A DNA stretch of 64,000 nucleotides, taken from the NCBI GenBank assembly GCA_965214605.1, contig OZ243961.1, positions 2,176,001 through 2,240,000 on the forward strand, written 5' to 3'. Shown here one piece after another: positions 1 through 9,390 of the stretch. How positions within the stretch are numbered: the first letter of the stretch is position 1; the number at the start of each line of letters is the position of its first letter. The position numbers and the translations under genes are program-made. A model generated the notes under the pieces. That model made no database searches and was not told the origin of the DNA. It was given only the letters and a program-made list of their open reading frames with translations. The stretch comes from an uncultured Candidatus Binatia bacterium (GTDB lineage: Bacteria > Desulfobacterota > Binatia > Bin18).

Positions 1-375
1 ATTCCCGAGGTTGACAACTGGGAGGTCCCACTCAGCTGCTACAAGTGCGAGCAAGAATATTCGCTGGCTTTCGAACACTTTCGGATCGGCACCGTGTTGA
101 ACTGCCCCAACCCCTATTGTACAGCCAGCCTCATTGTCACCTCAACAATGTATAAAAACGTGGCCAACGCCCTGGACGCCTTTCACGCCCACTGGAACGC
201 AGATTTTGACGCCTTCCGGGAAAAACGGCGCCAAGAGCTGGAAGCGTTTGAGGCCGCGAAGCAGGTCGAGTTAGAAAATTTTACCGATACCCTCAGAAAA
301 GCCGTCTCCGACGTCAAACCGGCCGGCAAGCCATGGCGGCGCCTGTCGATGTTCGGCTTTCAGCGCGTGGGATAA
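1..375 (+). CDS. 5'-partial protein with Zn-ribbon-like CxxC pairs and a C-terminal coiled coil
   Basis: Frame 1 is open from base 1: IPEVDNWEVPLSCYKCEQ...VLNCPNPYC...; charged helical C-terminus; stop at 375. Confidence 0.6.
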   Translation: MPEVDNWEVPLSCYKCEQEYSLAFEHFRIGTVLNCPNPYCTASLIVTSTMYKNVANALDAFHAHWNADFDAFREKRRQELEAFEAAKQVELENFTDTLRKAVSDVKPAGKPWRRLSMFGFQRVG

Positions 376-393
376 AAAATGCAGCGCGACCAT

Positions 394-423
394 CGCTGAA
401 CGGCGGAAGCGCGCCGTTCAGCG
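394..423. terminator. Hairpin between convergent genes (probable bidirectional terminator)
   Basis: Perfect 12-bp stem CGCTGAACGGCG / CGCCGTTCAGCG with a 6-nt loop, between stops at 375 (+) and 426 (-). Confidence 0.7.
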
Positions 424-425
424 GT

Positions 426-1265
426 TTATACGTACTTCTTGCCAATCTCCATAGCTTCGGGTACGCCTAGCAGATTGGTCATTTCCTCAAAACAGCTCCA
501 GCCCGCATCGGTGGTGATCTGGCCGGTGGTCTTGAGCTCTCGCATGGCATCTCGCATGCGAACATAAGCTGCCATTAGCGTGGCAGAGTAAATGGTGAGT
601 TTGAAGCCGAATTTTTGGATTTCTTGGACCGATAGCAGCTGTCCATTGTAAAGCAGCGGCAGGTCGCTCAGCTCCTTGGCATAACGCTGAATATCGCTCA
701 GCGTCCGGATACCGTCGACAAAGATCAGATCGGCTCCAGCCTCTCGGTAGGCGTGGCCGCGAGCAACAACGTCCTCCCAACCGTTGACCGCCAGGGCGTC
801 GGTTCGGGCAATAATCACGAAATTGTCACTGCGCCGGGCATCGCACGCTGCCCGCACCTTGGGCACCATGTCGTCCATAGGGATGACCTGTTTGCCGGCC
901 AGAAAGCCGCAGCGTTTGGGCCACACCTGGTCTTCAAGGTGCAAAGCCGCCGCGCCGGCCGCCTCATACTCACGCACTGTTCGATACACATTGACCGGAT
1001 TGCCATAGCCAGTGTCGGCATCACAGATCAGCGGAATCTCGATCGCGTTGGCGATATAGCGGACGTTCTGCACCATCTCGGCCATAGTCAACAGCCCAAC
1101 ATCGGGAAATCCGCGGGCTGCAGCCGTACCAAAACCGGTCATATACACGGCTCCAAAACCTGCAGCTTGGGCAATCCGGGCCTGGAAGGCATCGAACACA
1201 AACGGAGCGACGACCATGTCGGGACCATCGAGCAGCTGACGCAGACGGGTCGCTGTAGTGGGCAT
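426..1265 (-). CDS. Isocitrate lyase/PEP mutase family protein (methylisocitrate/dimethylmalate lyase-like)
   Basis: Motifs YMTGFG, DADTGYG, HLEDQVWPKRCG, IARTDA; AGGAGG RBS. Confidence 0.9.
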   Translation of the reverse strand: MPTTATRLRQLLDGPDMVVAPFVFDAFQARIAQAAGFGAVYMTGFGTAAARGFPDVGLLTMAEMVQNVRYIANAIEIPLICDADTGYGNPVNVYRTVREYEAAGAAALHLEDQVWPKRCGFLAGKQVIPMDDMVPKVRAACDARRSDNFVIIARTDALAVNGWEDVVARGHAYREAGADLIFVDGIRTLSDIQRYAKELSDLPLLYNGQLLSVQEIQKFGFKLTIYSATLMAAYVRMRDAMRELKTTGQITTDAGWSCFEEMTNLLGVPEAMEIGKKYV

Positions 1266-1329
1266 ACAGTCCTCCTTTGGATTGCAGTGAATCTTGATCT
1301 TTTCCGACCATAGCCTTCCGTCCTGAGGT

Positions 1330-1750
1330 TACCGGCAGATCTCAATCTGCTTGGTGGGCAAGTCCAGCGGTCATACTTCGAGGATACTGTAACGGGTATG
1401 CAGAAGAATCTTCATTGCGCGCGCATATCGGACGTTTGTGGCTGAGACTTCAATGGGAAGCACATCTTGTGACGAAGGATGAGAGGTCCGGTGGACATCG
1501 TCTCTTAGACGTACCATGACACAATCGGGCTGAAGTTCCGAATGCCCGCCGAGGCGAGACAAGAACCAACCTTGAAAATGTCCTGTTCAGTCTAGCGTTG
1601 GGGTGAATGACTTTTCCCTCCTGGTCGCCGCCTATGGGAGCCGTATCAATCAGCCTGTCCTCAATCAACTCAAACCGATCCTCGCGATCAAAGATGCCGG
1701 CTCCGCCCATCTTGTAAGAGTCGTCCCTCCCAGCGGTTGCCGTGGAGTTC
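1330..1750 (-). pseudogene. Degenerate Uma2-family (PD-(D/E)xK) endonuclease
   Basis: Fragments in two frames: YKMGGAGIFDREDRFELIEDRLIDTAPIG and SELQPDCVMVRLRDD...HPSSQDVLPIEVSATNVRYARAMK...YSILEV. Boundaries approximate. Confidence 0.7.
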
Positions 1751-1756
1751 CCTCCA

Positions 1757-2575
1757 CTAGTCCAATGAGTGGAGAAACTTGAGCAGCGCCGCGACACATT
1801 CCTCAGCAGCATCAACGTAGATCTCATGCCCATTGCCCTCAATCACCGCCATCCGCGCCCCAGGGATACCATCACGGATCGCTAACTGCTCGCTCAAGGG
1901 CGTGAGCGGGCTGTTGGCCGGAGCTACGATCAAGGTCGGCACGCTGACCTGGGGAAGTATCGGCTCCACATCGACGCTCGGCACTAAACGGCACAGTCCT
2001 TGGAGCACATGAGTCGGGGTTTTGGCCCACTCATCAAGCATCCATAGCAAACGGGGCGAATCGCCCACCGTCAGCCCTGCCCCCTGTTCGATCAGAGCTT
2101 TGGCCCAGCCACCGGAACCGAGCGCGCCGAGGGCGGCTGGCCAGTCCTCATAGCCTAGGGCAAAGATCTTTTGCATATGCGGTCGAATAGACGTCGGTGA
2201 GGCGCACAGCGTCAGGCTCTTGAACCGCTCAGGCCACTTGGCGGCAAACGCAATGCCCAGAATGCCACCCAGCGATTCGCCTACATAGTGTACGGCATCA
2301 ATCTCTAAGGTGTCCAGAAAGCCTTTCATGTCGCCTAGCAGGTCATCGATCGACCACACGTAGTCTGGTCCCGGATCGGCCGACCGCCCGTGGCCCCGCA
2401 TATCCCGGCGTAGCACGCAGTACTGGCCGGCCAAGAGCGGTATCCAATGGGACCAAAAGTTGAGGTTACGGCCAAAGCCGTGCTGAATCCAGATCGTTTC
2501 GGACGTGTTCCATGGGTCGGTGAAGTCATCGATCTGGTAGTGCATGGTGTAGCTATTGGCCGTCAGCTGTGGCAT
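1757..2575 (-). CDS. Alpha/beta hydrolase
   Basis: HGFGRN oxyanion motif, DMRGHGRS, nucleophile elbow GESLGG, C-terminal GHE; start set at ATG 2575 after an AGGAGG RBS. Confidence 0.9.
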   Translation of the reverse strand: MPQLTANSYTMHYQIDDFTDPWNTSETIWIQHGFGRNLNFWSHWIPLLAGQYCVLRRDMRGHGRSADPGPDYVWSIDDLLGDMKGFLDTLEIDAVHYVGESLGGILGIAFAAKWPERFKSLTLCASPTSIRPHMQKIFALGYEDWPAALGALGSGGWAKALIEQGAGLTVGDSPRLLWMLDEWAKTPTHVLQGLCRLVPSVDVEPILPQVSVPTLIVAPANSPLTPLSEQLAIRDGIPGARMAVIEGNGHEIYVDAAEECVAALLKFLHSLD

Positions 2576-2606
2576 GCAGTTTCCCCTCCTTAAGCGGCCG
2601 AGCGTC

Positions 2607-3506
2607 TCACCACTCCGTGCGGGCGGGCGGCAGTGCTCCATCGGGACGCGGAGCCTGAACAATTTCCTCGTTGCTGACGATGTCTTTCTGTAAATACTTC
2701 TCAAGCAGCTTGACCGCATGCCGCAGCAGTTCAGCCTTACCGTCAAACACCTCTTCATGCATCCACTCGCCCTGAATCCAGCAGTCAAACGAGGCTTCGT
2801 CAATAAAATTGAACTCGAGCAGTCGCTCATACATCGGCGTTCCGGTGATAATAGCCCGCAGCGACAGGCCGGAATCGATCAGCACGGCGCAGACATTGCG
2901 AGGAATCGGCAGCTCGCTCTTGATCTGTTCAATCTCTCGGGGTGAACAACACTCTTCGACGAGTGAGCAATAGGCCCACTCACCCGGGTTGGGGTCTGCC
3001 TTTTGGATCAATTTGATGTTGGAATTGATGAGCCACTCCCGCGCTTCCTCTTGATCGTAGTTCTCAAAACTCCGAAAGAATCCCGCTCCGGCAGGTTCGC
3101 GCTGGTTCTCGGGCTGCTCACCCGAGCTCCCGAACCTCAGCCCGGAGCGCACCCCGGCGGACCTGTCTTCAGGCTCCCTCCACTCCTCGACTTTCGGCTC
3201 GGGGCGGGCGGGACGCAGTGCCTCTCTGGTTGCCGACCTCTTGCGGGATGAGGGAGAATGACGTTTAGCTGGGGACCCAGCCTGCAATTTGGCCGCTTTT
3301 CTGCTCTGCCCGTGCGAAACTTTTGCCCGGCCTCGGTCGGTCCGAGCCAAGGAACTGTCTGCCTTTGTGGCCCGGCCCTCCTGGACGCGCGATGTACTCT
3401 CCTGGAAACGATTCCGGCCCCGATTTCTGGACCGGCTGCGTGTACGTCTTTTACGGCGTTCCTCTCCGTTGGATGGCTCAGCCACTTTTTTCTCATCGTC
3501 CGGCAT
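2607..3506 (-). CDS. Hypothetical protein with an Arg/Ser-rich disordered N-terminal half and an acidic globular C-terminal domain
   Basis: ORF with GGAGG RBS, 3 bp downstream of the PagL-like gene. Confidence 0.65.
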   Translation of the reverse strand: MPDDEKKVAEPSNGEERRKRRTRSRSRNRGRNRFQESTSRVQEGRATKADSSLARTDRGRAKVSHGQSRKAAKLQAGSPAKRHSPSSRKRSATREALRPARPEPKVEEWREPEDRSAGVRSGLRFGSSGEQPENQREPAGAGFFRSFENYDQEEAREWLINSNIKLIQKADPNPGEWAYCSLVEECCSPREIEQIKSELPIPRNVCAVLIDSGLSLRAIITGTPMYERLLEFNFIDEASFDCWIQGEWMHEEVFDGKAELLRHAVKLLEKYLQKDIVSNEEIVQAPRPDGALPPARTEW

Positions 3507-3509
3507 GTC

Positions 3510-4211
3510 CTACCTCCGAGGGAAAAAGTACGAAAAGCCGGCTAAGAAAGAGTGAGAGTTCCTACCGTCATTTTCGTCATAGAGGCTGGCGTTTGACGAA
3601 TGCCGGAAACGATAGCCCAGACTCAGGGAGACATTATTGTCCAGAAAGTACGACAGGCCGGCTCCAGCCATCTCGGTGAAACTAAAGCCCCCGCCCAGGT
3701 CATAGCCCTGGTAGTCCTGGTACAGGACTCCTAGACCGCCCTCAATATACGGAGACAGCCGGGCACCTAGGTCAAAATGGTAGCTTAAGACCGGGAGCAT
3801 CAGACCAGCTTCAATTGAGGCGTTCCGCTTTCTCCCGCGCCTTACCGGCTTTGAGTCTCTCTCCTCTTCGTCGGTTCCCTGGAAGGTGCTATGCCGCGGA
3901 CCCTCTTCTGCGTTCGGGATGCTACTCCCCTCTCTCTGGTTGGAGTGGCGCGTCACCGCAGACAAGAAGGGCTCGGTCGCAATCTCAAACACGCCTTCAG
4001 GAAAGATCCATGGTTTTCCTTTAAAGAGAACATAGCCGATATGAAAGTTGAGCGGCACGCTATCTATATTCCGTTCACTAACAGAATAGCCCGAGCGCAG
4101 GCCGATATTCCACGAACCCTCGGCAGGCCCCGTCTTTTGGGCCTGGACGGCGCTCACTCCCAACAGGAGCACTCCCAGCAGGCAACCGGCTATGCGCATA
4201 GCCTTTTTCAT
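3510..4211 (-). CDS. Acyloxyacyl hydrolase / PagL-like outer-membrane beta-barrel
   Basis: Signal peptide, PYIEGGLG, catalytic-type FRHSSNA...NDGRNS, terminal aromatic strand GFSYFF. Confidence 0.75.
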   Translation of the reverse strand: MKKAMRIAGCLLGVLLLGVSAVQAQKTGPAEGSWNIGLRSGYSVSERNIDSVPLNFHIGYVLFKGKPWIFPEGVFEIATEPFLSAVTRHSNQREGSSIPNAEEGPRHSTFQGTDEEERDSKPVRRGRKRNASIEAGLMLPVLSYHFDLGARLSPYIEGGLGVLYQDYQGYDLGGGFSFTEMAGAGLSYFLDNNVSLSLGYRFRHSSNASLYDENDGRNSHSFLAGFSYFFPRR

Positions 4212-4332
4212 TATCTCCTCCTCGTGTCTATCCGTATTGACGCCTCGCTCCTATCCTACCAGTCTGGCTTGTGCAAGTCGCTGAACACCAAGGTGAACGC
4301 TGAGGACCTCCTTATCAGAAAGAAAGTATCGT

Positions 4333-4797
4333 TCACTTTGTCTCGATGCTCAGTTCGGTCTCAACAAAGTCTTGCTGCGCCTCATCCCACAGAAAAGCTT
4401 TGATCCTGCGCACCTCGCGGTCGTAGATTGAGACTACGAGATAGACCGTGTCTGGATAGGACGGCTCATCCCCAAACATGGCCTGGTATTTGTCCTCGGC
4501 CGAGAAATACGCGTCGTGATTCGGGTGCGAATGGTAAAAGGCGGTCAGCTGGGCGGTGCCGCTATCGGCCTCTTGCATCACAGCCAATAGCTGTTTTGGC
4601 TGCATGAAATACGCAGTGGTGGCATCACGCGGATAGGTCTCCGCGTCCTTGTCCTGCATGGCGTTCTGAATATTGTCAATGCGCCGTACCTCGGCCTTGC
4701 CGTCCCGGGTTAGGATTGCCCCACAGCATTCGTCGGGAAACGCGTCTTGGGCATGTTGACAGAGAGTTTTCCATGTTGCGGCATCGAGATGAATCAT
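4333..4797 (-). CDS. JAB/MPN+ (M67 family) metallopeptidase
   Basis: PDECCG and YHSHPNHDAYFSAED (E...HxH...S..D); start reassigned to MIHLD. Confidence 0.9.
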   Translation of the reverse strand: MIHLDAATWKTLCQHAQDAFPDECCGAILTRDGKAEVRRIDNIQNAMQDKDAETYPRDATTAYFMQPKQLLAVMQEADSGTAQLTAFYHSHPNHDAYFSAEDKYQAMFGDEPSYPDTVYLVVSIYDREVRRIKAFLWDEAQQDFVETELSIETK

Positions 4798-4846
4798 ACC
4801 GAACAGCCTCCTGCTAGATGTAGTCGTGCTCCAGTCTACGCCACCT

Positions 4847-5863
4847 CTAGTCTGCCTTCCGCGCCAATACCAGACCGGTGAAGGCCGGCGGCGGTAGGCT
4901 TGTCTTCTGCCCATCGACAAAGCCCGCATCGTGTAGCCAGCCCATGATCTCTTCGCCCGGATAAGCCTCCCCATCGGGAAAGACCAGCATCATAAACAGC
5001 GAGAAGACCGCTGGTTGAACTGGCTCTATCAGATTTGGCTCGGGCATAATGCCGTGAATGAGGATCCGACCGCCGGCCTCCAAGGCATCGAAGGCTTTAC
5101 CGAGTACCATCTTGCAGGTCTCGCGGCCCTCGGTTTGGAGCATATTAGACAGCAAAATCGTGTCATAGCCGTGGCCAAAGTCATCGCTGAAATAGTTGCC
5201 CTCCTGAACCCGGACCCGAGTGGCCATTCCCTCCCGCGCAATAATTTCTCGGGTGCGTCGCAAAATAGGTGGCAGGTCAAACACCGTGGCGGCGAGCTGT
5301 GGAAACGCTTGGCAGAAGCGAATCGAGTACACTCCCGACCCGCCCGCGACGTCGAGCAGGCGGCGAGACTGCTGCAAATCCACTAGGCTGCTGATCCGCT
5401 CAGCCAGGCCTTTGCCCAACTCAAACAGCCCGTGCACATAATTATCCAGCACTTCAACTGGAGCGTGCTCAAGCGCTGTGCCGGTCAAGGACAAGACGGG
5501 CCTATCAGTGCGAACGGCCTCGGCCAGTTTTCCCCAGGCCTGGTAACGGTCGCTTGTCTGTTTGAGCATATTCCCCACGTAACCCGGCCTGTCTTTGACC
5601 AGAAAGGCAGCGGCTAGTGGCGAGTTGCGGTAACGCTCTGCCTCTTTGGTTACAAATCCCAGCGCCGCGGTAGCGTTGAGCAGACGTGCGACACCGCGTA
5701 GGGGCAGGCCGGTGTGGGCGGCTAGCTCGGCGGCCGTCATCGGTCCGCTAGCCAGCGGAGAGAACAGGTCTAACTGTGCAGCCCCTAAAACAATCGCCGC
5801 CTGCTCAAATCCATTCACAATCTTCATGAAGTCCGGCATCTCGGCCGGGAGCGGTTCAACCAT
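4847..5863 (-). CDS. SAM-dependent O-methyltransferase with N-terminal dimerisation domain
   Basis: LLDVAGGSG, VFDLP, GNYF; N-terminal winged helix; start reassigned to MVEPL. Confidence 0.9.
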   Translation of the reverse strand: MVEPLPAEMPDFMKIVNGFEQAAIVLGAAQLDLFSPLASGPMTAAELAAHTGLPLRGVARLLNATAALGFVTKEAERYRNSPLAAAFLVKDRPGYVGNMLKQTSDRYQAWGKLAEAVRTDRPVLSLTGTALEHAPVEVLDNYVHGLFELGKGLAERISSLVDLQQSRRLLDVAGGSGVYSIRFCQAFPQLAATVFDLPPILRRTREIIAREGMATRVRVQEGNYFSDDFGHGYDTILLSNMLQTEGRETCKMVLGKAFDALEAGGRILIHGIMPEPNLIEPVQPAVFSLFMMLVFPDGEAYPGEEIMGWLHDAGFVDGQKTSLPPPAFTGLVLARKAD

Positions 5864-5959
5864 AACTTCCCTCCTGCCTCTGCACTTCTCGCCAGCCTCC
5901 ATTGCACTCGCTGACAGCGTCGTTATAGTGACACGAAATCCGCAAAGGAGTCTAGGCTG

Positions 5960-6286
5960 ATGATTAGTATTGAGGAATTTGGCCATGTTGAGCTGAGGGT
6001 GGCGACCATCATAGCGGCCGACCCCCACCCCAACGCCGATCGCCTGTTGATTCTCAAGGTTGATCTAGGCGACGAACAACGTCAGCTTGTCGCCGGACTT
6101 CGCACCCACTACACGACGGAGGAATTGGTCGGCAAACAGATCGTTGTGGTAACCAATCTTCAGCCAGCAAACCTGCGTGGCATTGAGAGTCAGGGGATGC
6201 TTCTAGCCACAAGCGACACCAATACCGGCGGTGTGATCATCTTAAGCCCGGAAAAACAGGTTGCCCCGGGCTCCAAAGTGTCATAA
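5960..6286 (+). CDS. tRNA-binding OB-fold protein (MetRS C-terminal/CsaA-like)
   Basis: HPNADRLL, RQLVAG, NLQPANLRGIESQGMLLA. Confidence 0.9.
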   Translation: MISIEEFGHVELRVATIIAADPHPNADRLLILKVDLGDEQRQLVAGLRTHYTTEELVGKQIVVVTNLQPANLRGIESQGMLLATSDTNTGGVIILSPEKQVAPGSKVS

Positions 6287-6672
6287 TCACGACCATTCAT
6301 CTGGAACCTGAACTGTTCTCCCATAAATAGCCCGTACTCAGACGACGTCAGCGAGCAGGGGGCTAAGCAAGAACATTAGGAAGCGATTCGAGTGATGCCT
6401 TCGATGAGGCCGAGACGGGCATTGTTGCCTCCCTCCGGGAGAACATGCCAGCGAGTGAGACGTCGTCATTCAGGCGTTGTTGGAAAGGGTGAGGTTGCTC
6501 GCTTAGTTTCAATTCCAAACGGACCTCAGTACGGACTCCGCTTAGCGACGCGCCGGTTTTCACTCGGCAGGTCGGACAGTTGACCAAACCCCGCCATCCA
6601 GAGGACTTGCTTTGCATTGACGAGTGGTTCGATCAGCCTTGTTGACGCTGCTCTTGAGGGTGCAGGTTTGTT

Positions 6673-7371
6673 TCATGTCCTAGGCAGATATTCTTCATTG
6701 TACCTGTCGAGAAAGACCTCCCTCAATTCATCGTTCTCCGTATCTGTATTTCTCAAATTCCAGGAAAAGCCTCTCACAAAGCTACCCCATTCTTGTCGAG
6801 AACGCCTTCGACCGACTCCGTACCCTTTTCGAGAATCGACTTCGTGAAGCGATCGAGGAACTGCTTCGTGAGCGCGGAGTTGGTTGTCAGCGGACATCGT
6901 TCACTGCTGTTCATCCAACACGAAATGACGGGCCGCCACGAGAGCGACTCACCTTGGGTCAAATGCTCCGAGCACACTGCTCCTTCTACGCCTCAAGGGC
7001 GTCGATGATCTGAGTGTCCGTGTTCTCATTAGTGCATCTCAAGTGCCGAGGCCGGGCACGGTTTGAGAGCGCCGTCCATCATCTTTGATGCAGTATCAGA
7101 TCGTGCGCAACGGCCGCATGAGGTGCTTCGCCCGGTCTGCATCCTGGGCCCGAGCTTGTCTTTCCCGACCCGCATCTCAGACAGCTCGACGAACTGCCTG
7201 CGGATCTTCTGCGTGGTGATGGCGTAGGCTGGGCTTGATGAACTTCCGCATGTGGTTCTCCATCTCCGCGCGCCTTGCCCGCTTGGCGTGGTCAGAACGG
7301 ACGGTCACAATAGGCGTCGAGAGCACCTGTTCGAGGGTGGGCGCGATTTCGACGACCTGATACGGGCTCAT
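6673..7371 (-). pseudogene. Fragmented ORFs of unknown function (possible decayed gene cassettes)
   Basis: Several short overlapping minus-strand ORFs with no recognisable motif, flanked by attC-like hairpins. Confidence 0.25.
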
Positions 7372-7890
7372 GATCCAAGAGCAGCGTTGCGTGGGTCCGA
7401 TACGGAGCGGTCGGGGTAGCGACCGAGGCGGGTGCGTTCAGCCTTTTTGTCGGACAACAGAGCAACGTTCTTAGCAGTCATTTTATAGTGCTCCTTGGCA
7501 GCAAAACTACAGCAGACATGCACCGTACGATGTTGCAAGCTCTCGCGCGGAAATCGAAATTGTCGAGGAATACCAGGAACTTTTCAGGATTCAGGCCGAG
7601 AGAATTCGATAGGCAAATCTCAATCGCGAGCTTGTCTGCACGGCTCGAACATGGGCCGAAATACTCCAAGAGCACTTCTCTATCGGCCTTGATGAGTCTG
7701 CTGGCAACGTCGCACTTCGCTGTTATAGGCTCTTACTCTGTCTGTTGCTCAGAGGTGGAAAGAGAGGCTTTTCTGAGCACCGTCAACTGTGCCCTCAATC
7801 AAGAAAAGGCACCGGCACCCTGGTCGCTCTTCACCAAGCCCCTCGTCAAACGCTTGGGGGGAGCCTTCACCGGTTCGGGGTGGGGCCGGC

Positions 7891-8274
7891 CTACTCCTTG
7901 CTGGCGAACCGATCAATGCTGATCACTGCCCGTTCGTGCGTGCCTTCCCCAATTTTAGTGCCGTCCTCGTTGTAGGCTTTGACCGTGAACTTGAGACGCC
8001 GGCCTTTGATTTCAGTCAGAGTGACCTTGCCGGTGACTTTCTGGCCGATCGGGGTCGGAGCCAAGTGTCTGACATCAATGTGAAAGCCGACCGTCTGCTC
8101 GCCGGCGTCCATGTGAGGCGTCAGGAACTCGACACAGGTGCCCTCCATAAGCTGGATCATAGCCGGAGTTGAATACATCTGCGGAGCGTCCGGCCCAAGG
8201 TGGACAATACCCATGTCTGGAGTGGTGGTGATCGTCCGTTCTGAGGCCATACCGGTTTTGAGCGAGTCTTTCAT
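7891..8274 (-). CDS. Hot-dog thioesterase (fluoroacetyl-CoA thioesterase FlK-like)
   Basis: YSTPAMIQLME, TVGFHIDVRHLAPTPIG, GTHERAVI. Confidence 0.9.
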   Translation of the reverse strand: MKDSLKTGMASERTITTTPDMGIVHLGPDAPQMYSTPAMIQLMEGTCVEFLTPHMDAGEQTVGFHIDVRHLAPTPIGQKVTGKVTLTEIKGRRLKFTVKAYNEDGTKIGEGTHERAVISIDRFASKE

Positions 8275-8292
8275 GCGCGCTTCCTCTTTTGG

Positions 8293-9375
8293 TTATGGGA
8301 CCAGGGCGGCCCGAGTAATCTCCTTGCGGTCGGACTTGTCCATTGCTTCGGCCGCATTCTTCAGGGGAAACTCGGCGTCAACCAGTTCATGATATGGGTA
8401 TTGGTCAATATGCTCGGCCAAAAACTGCAAGGCTCTGTGGAGATAGTGGGGGTTATAGGTGGCTACCCCAACAACCGAGATGGATTTGAAGGTGATCAGC
8501 GATGGTGAGATTGTCGCTTGCAGACCCATGGAAATGTTGCCCAGCTCGGCAATCCGTCCGCCGCTCCGAACCAGCTGAATGGCCTCCTCAAAAGCAGCCG
8601 GTACCCCGGCTACTTCCAGGACCACGTCCGGTCCAAGCCCATCGGTCAGTTCCCGGACCCGCACCGTACGGTCTTTGACGGAGGGATATTCGCGCAGGTC
8701 AATCACCTCATCGGCCCCAAACGTCTTAGCCCGCTGTAAACGCAGATCAACCCCATCAATGGCGATCACCCGCGCTCCACGAGCCTTGGCCACTGCCATG
8801 GCGTGCAACCCCAGGCCACCTGCTCCCTGGACCACTAGGGTCTCATCGTAGCGCAAGTTGATCCGGTCGAGGCTAAAAAATACCTGTGACAAGGCGCAGT
8901 TAGCCGATGACGCGGCGTGGTCAGGCACATTATCGGGGACTTTGTAGACATGCTGACCAGGGTGGATGTAGTAGTGGGTCGCCCACGGGGTATGAAAATG
9001 CGGCGCTTCATCGGGAATCAGCCGTTTGGCGCGGATGCTCAGCCCGGTACAGGCCGCAGCATTGCCCTCCCGGCAGTTGACACATAGGCCACACACCCGG
9101 TAGTAGACCGGGGCCACCCGGTCGCCCTCCTTGAGCGGCTGGCCAGCGGTATCACTCGTTACGCCCTTGCCCAGACTATGCACCCGGCCGACCATTTCAT
9201 GCCCAGGCATAGCACCCCGTCTGCCAAACTCTCCCCGCCACATGTGGACCTCGGAGCCGCACACATTGGTCCGTGTCACCTCAGCCAGCAGTGCTCCAGG
9301 CTCGGGCTGGGGGACATCGTACTCGTAAAAGTCAATTTTTCGGGCTTCAGGAATAAAGCTGACCGTACCTTTCAC
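8293..9375 (-). CDS. Zinc-dependent alcohol dehydrogenase
   Basis: CGSE, GHE, CGLCVNC...C structural Zn site, GAGGLG. Confidence 0.92.
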   Translation of the reverse strand: MKGTVSFIPEARKIDFYEYDVPQPEPGALLAEVTRTNVCGSEVHMWRGEFGRRGAMPGHEMVGRVHSLGKGVTSDTAGQPLKEGDRVAPVYYRVCGLCVNCREGNAAACTGLSIRAKRLIPDEAPHFHTPWATHYYIHPGQHVYKVPDNVPDHAASSANCALSQVFFSLDRINLRYDETLVVQGAGGLGLHAMAVAKARGARVIAIDGVDLRLQRAKTFGADEVIDLREYPSVKDRTVRVRELTDGLGPDVVLEVAGVPAAFEEAIQLVRSGGRIAELGNISMGLQATISPSLITFKSISVVGVATYNPHYLHRALQFLAEHIDQYPYHELVDAEFPLKNAAEAMDKSDRKEITRAALVP

Positions 9376-9390
9376 AACTTCTTCTCCTTA

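Noticed and set aside
4333-4797. JAB protein as part of CBASS/Bil ubiquitin-like defence
   Set aside because: No E1, E2, Ubl or cyclase nearby. It looks like a housekeeping sulfur-carrier-type peptidase.
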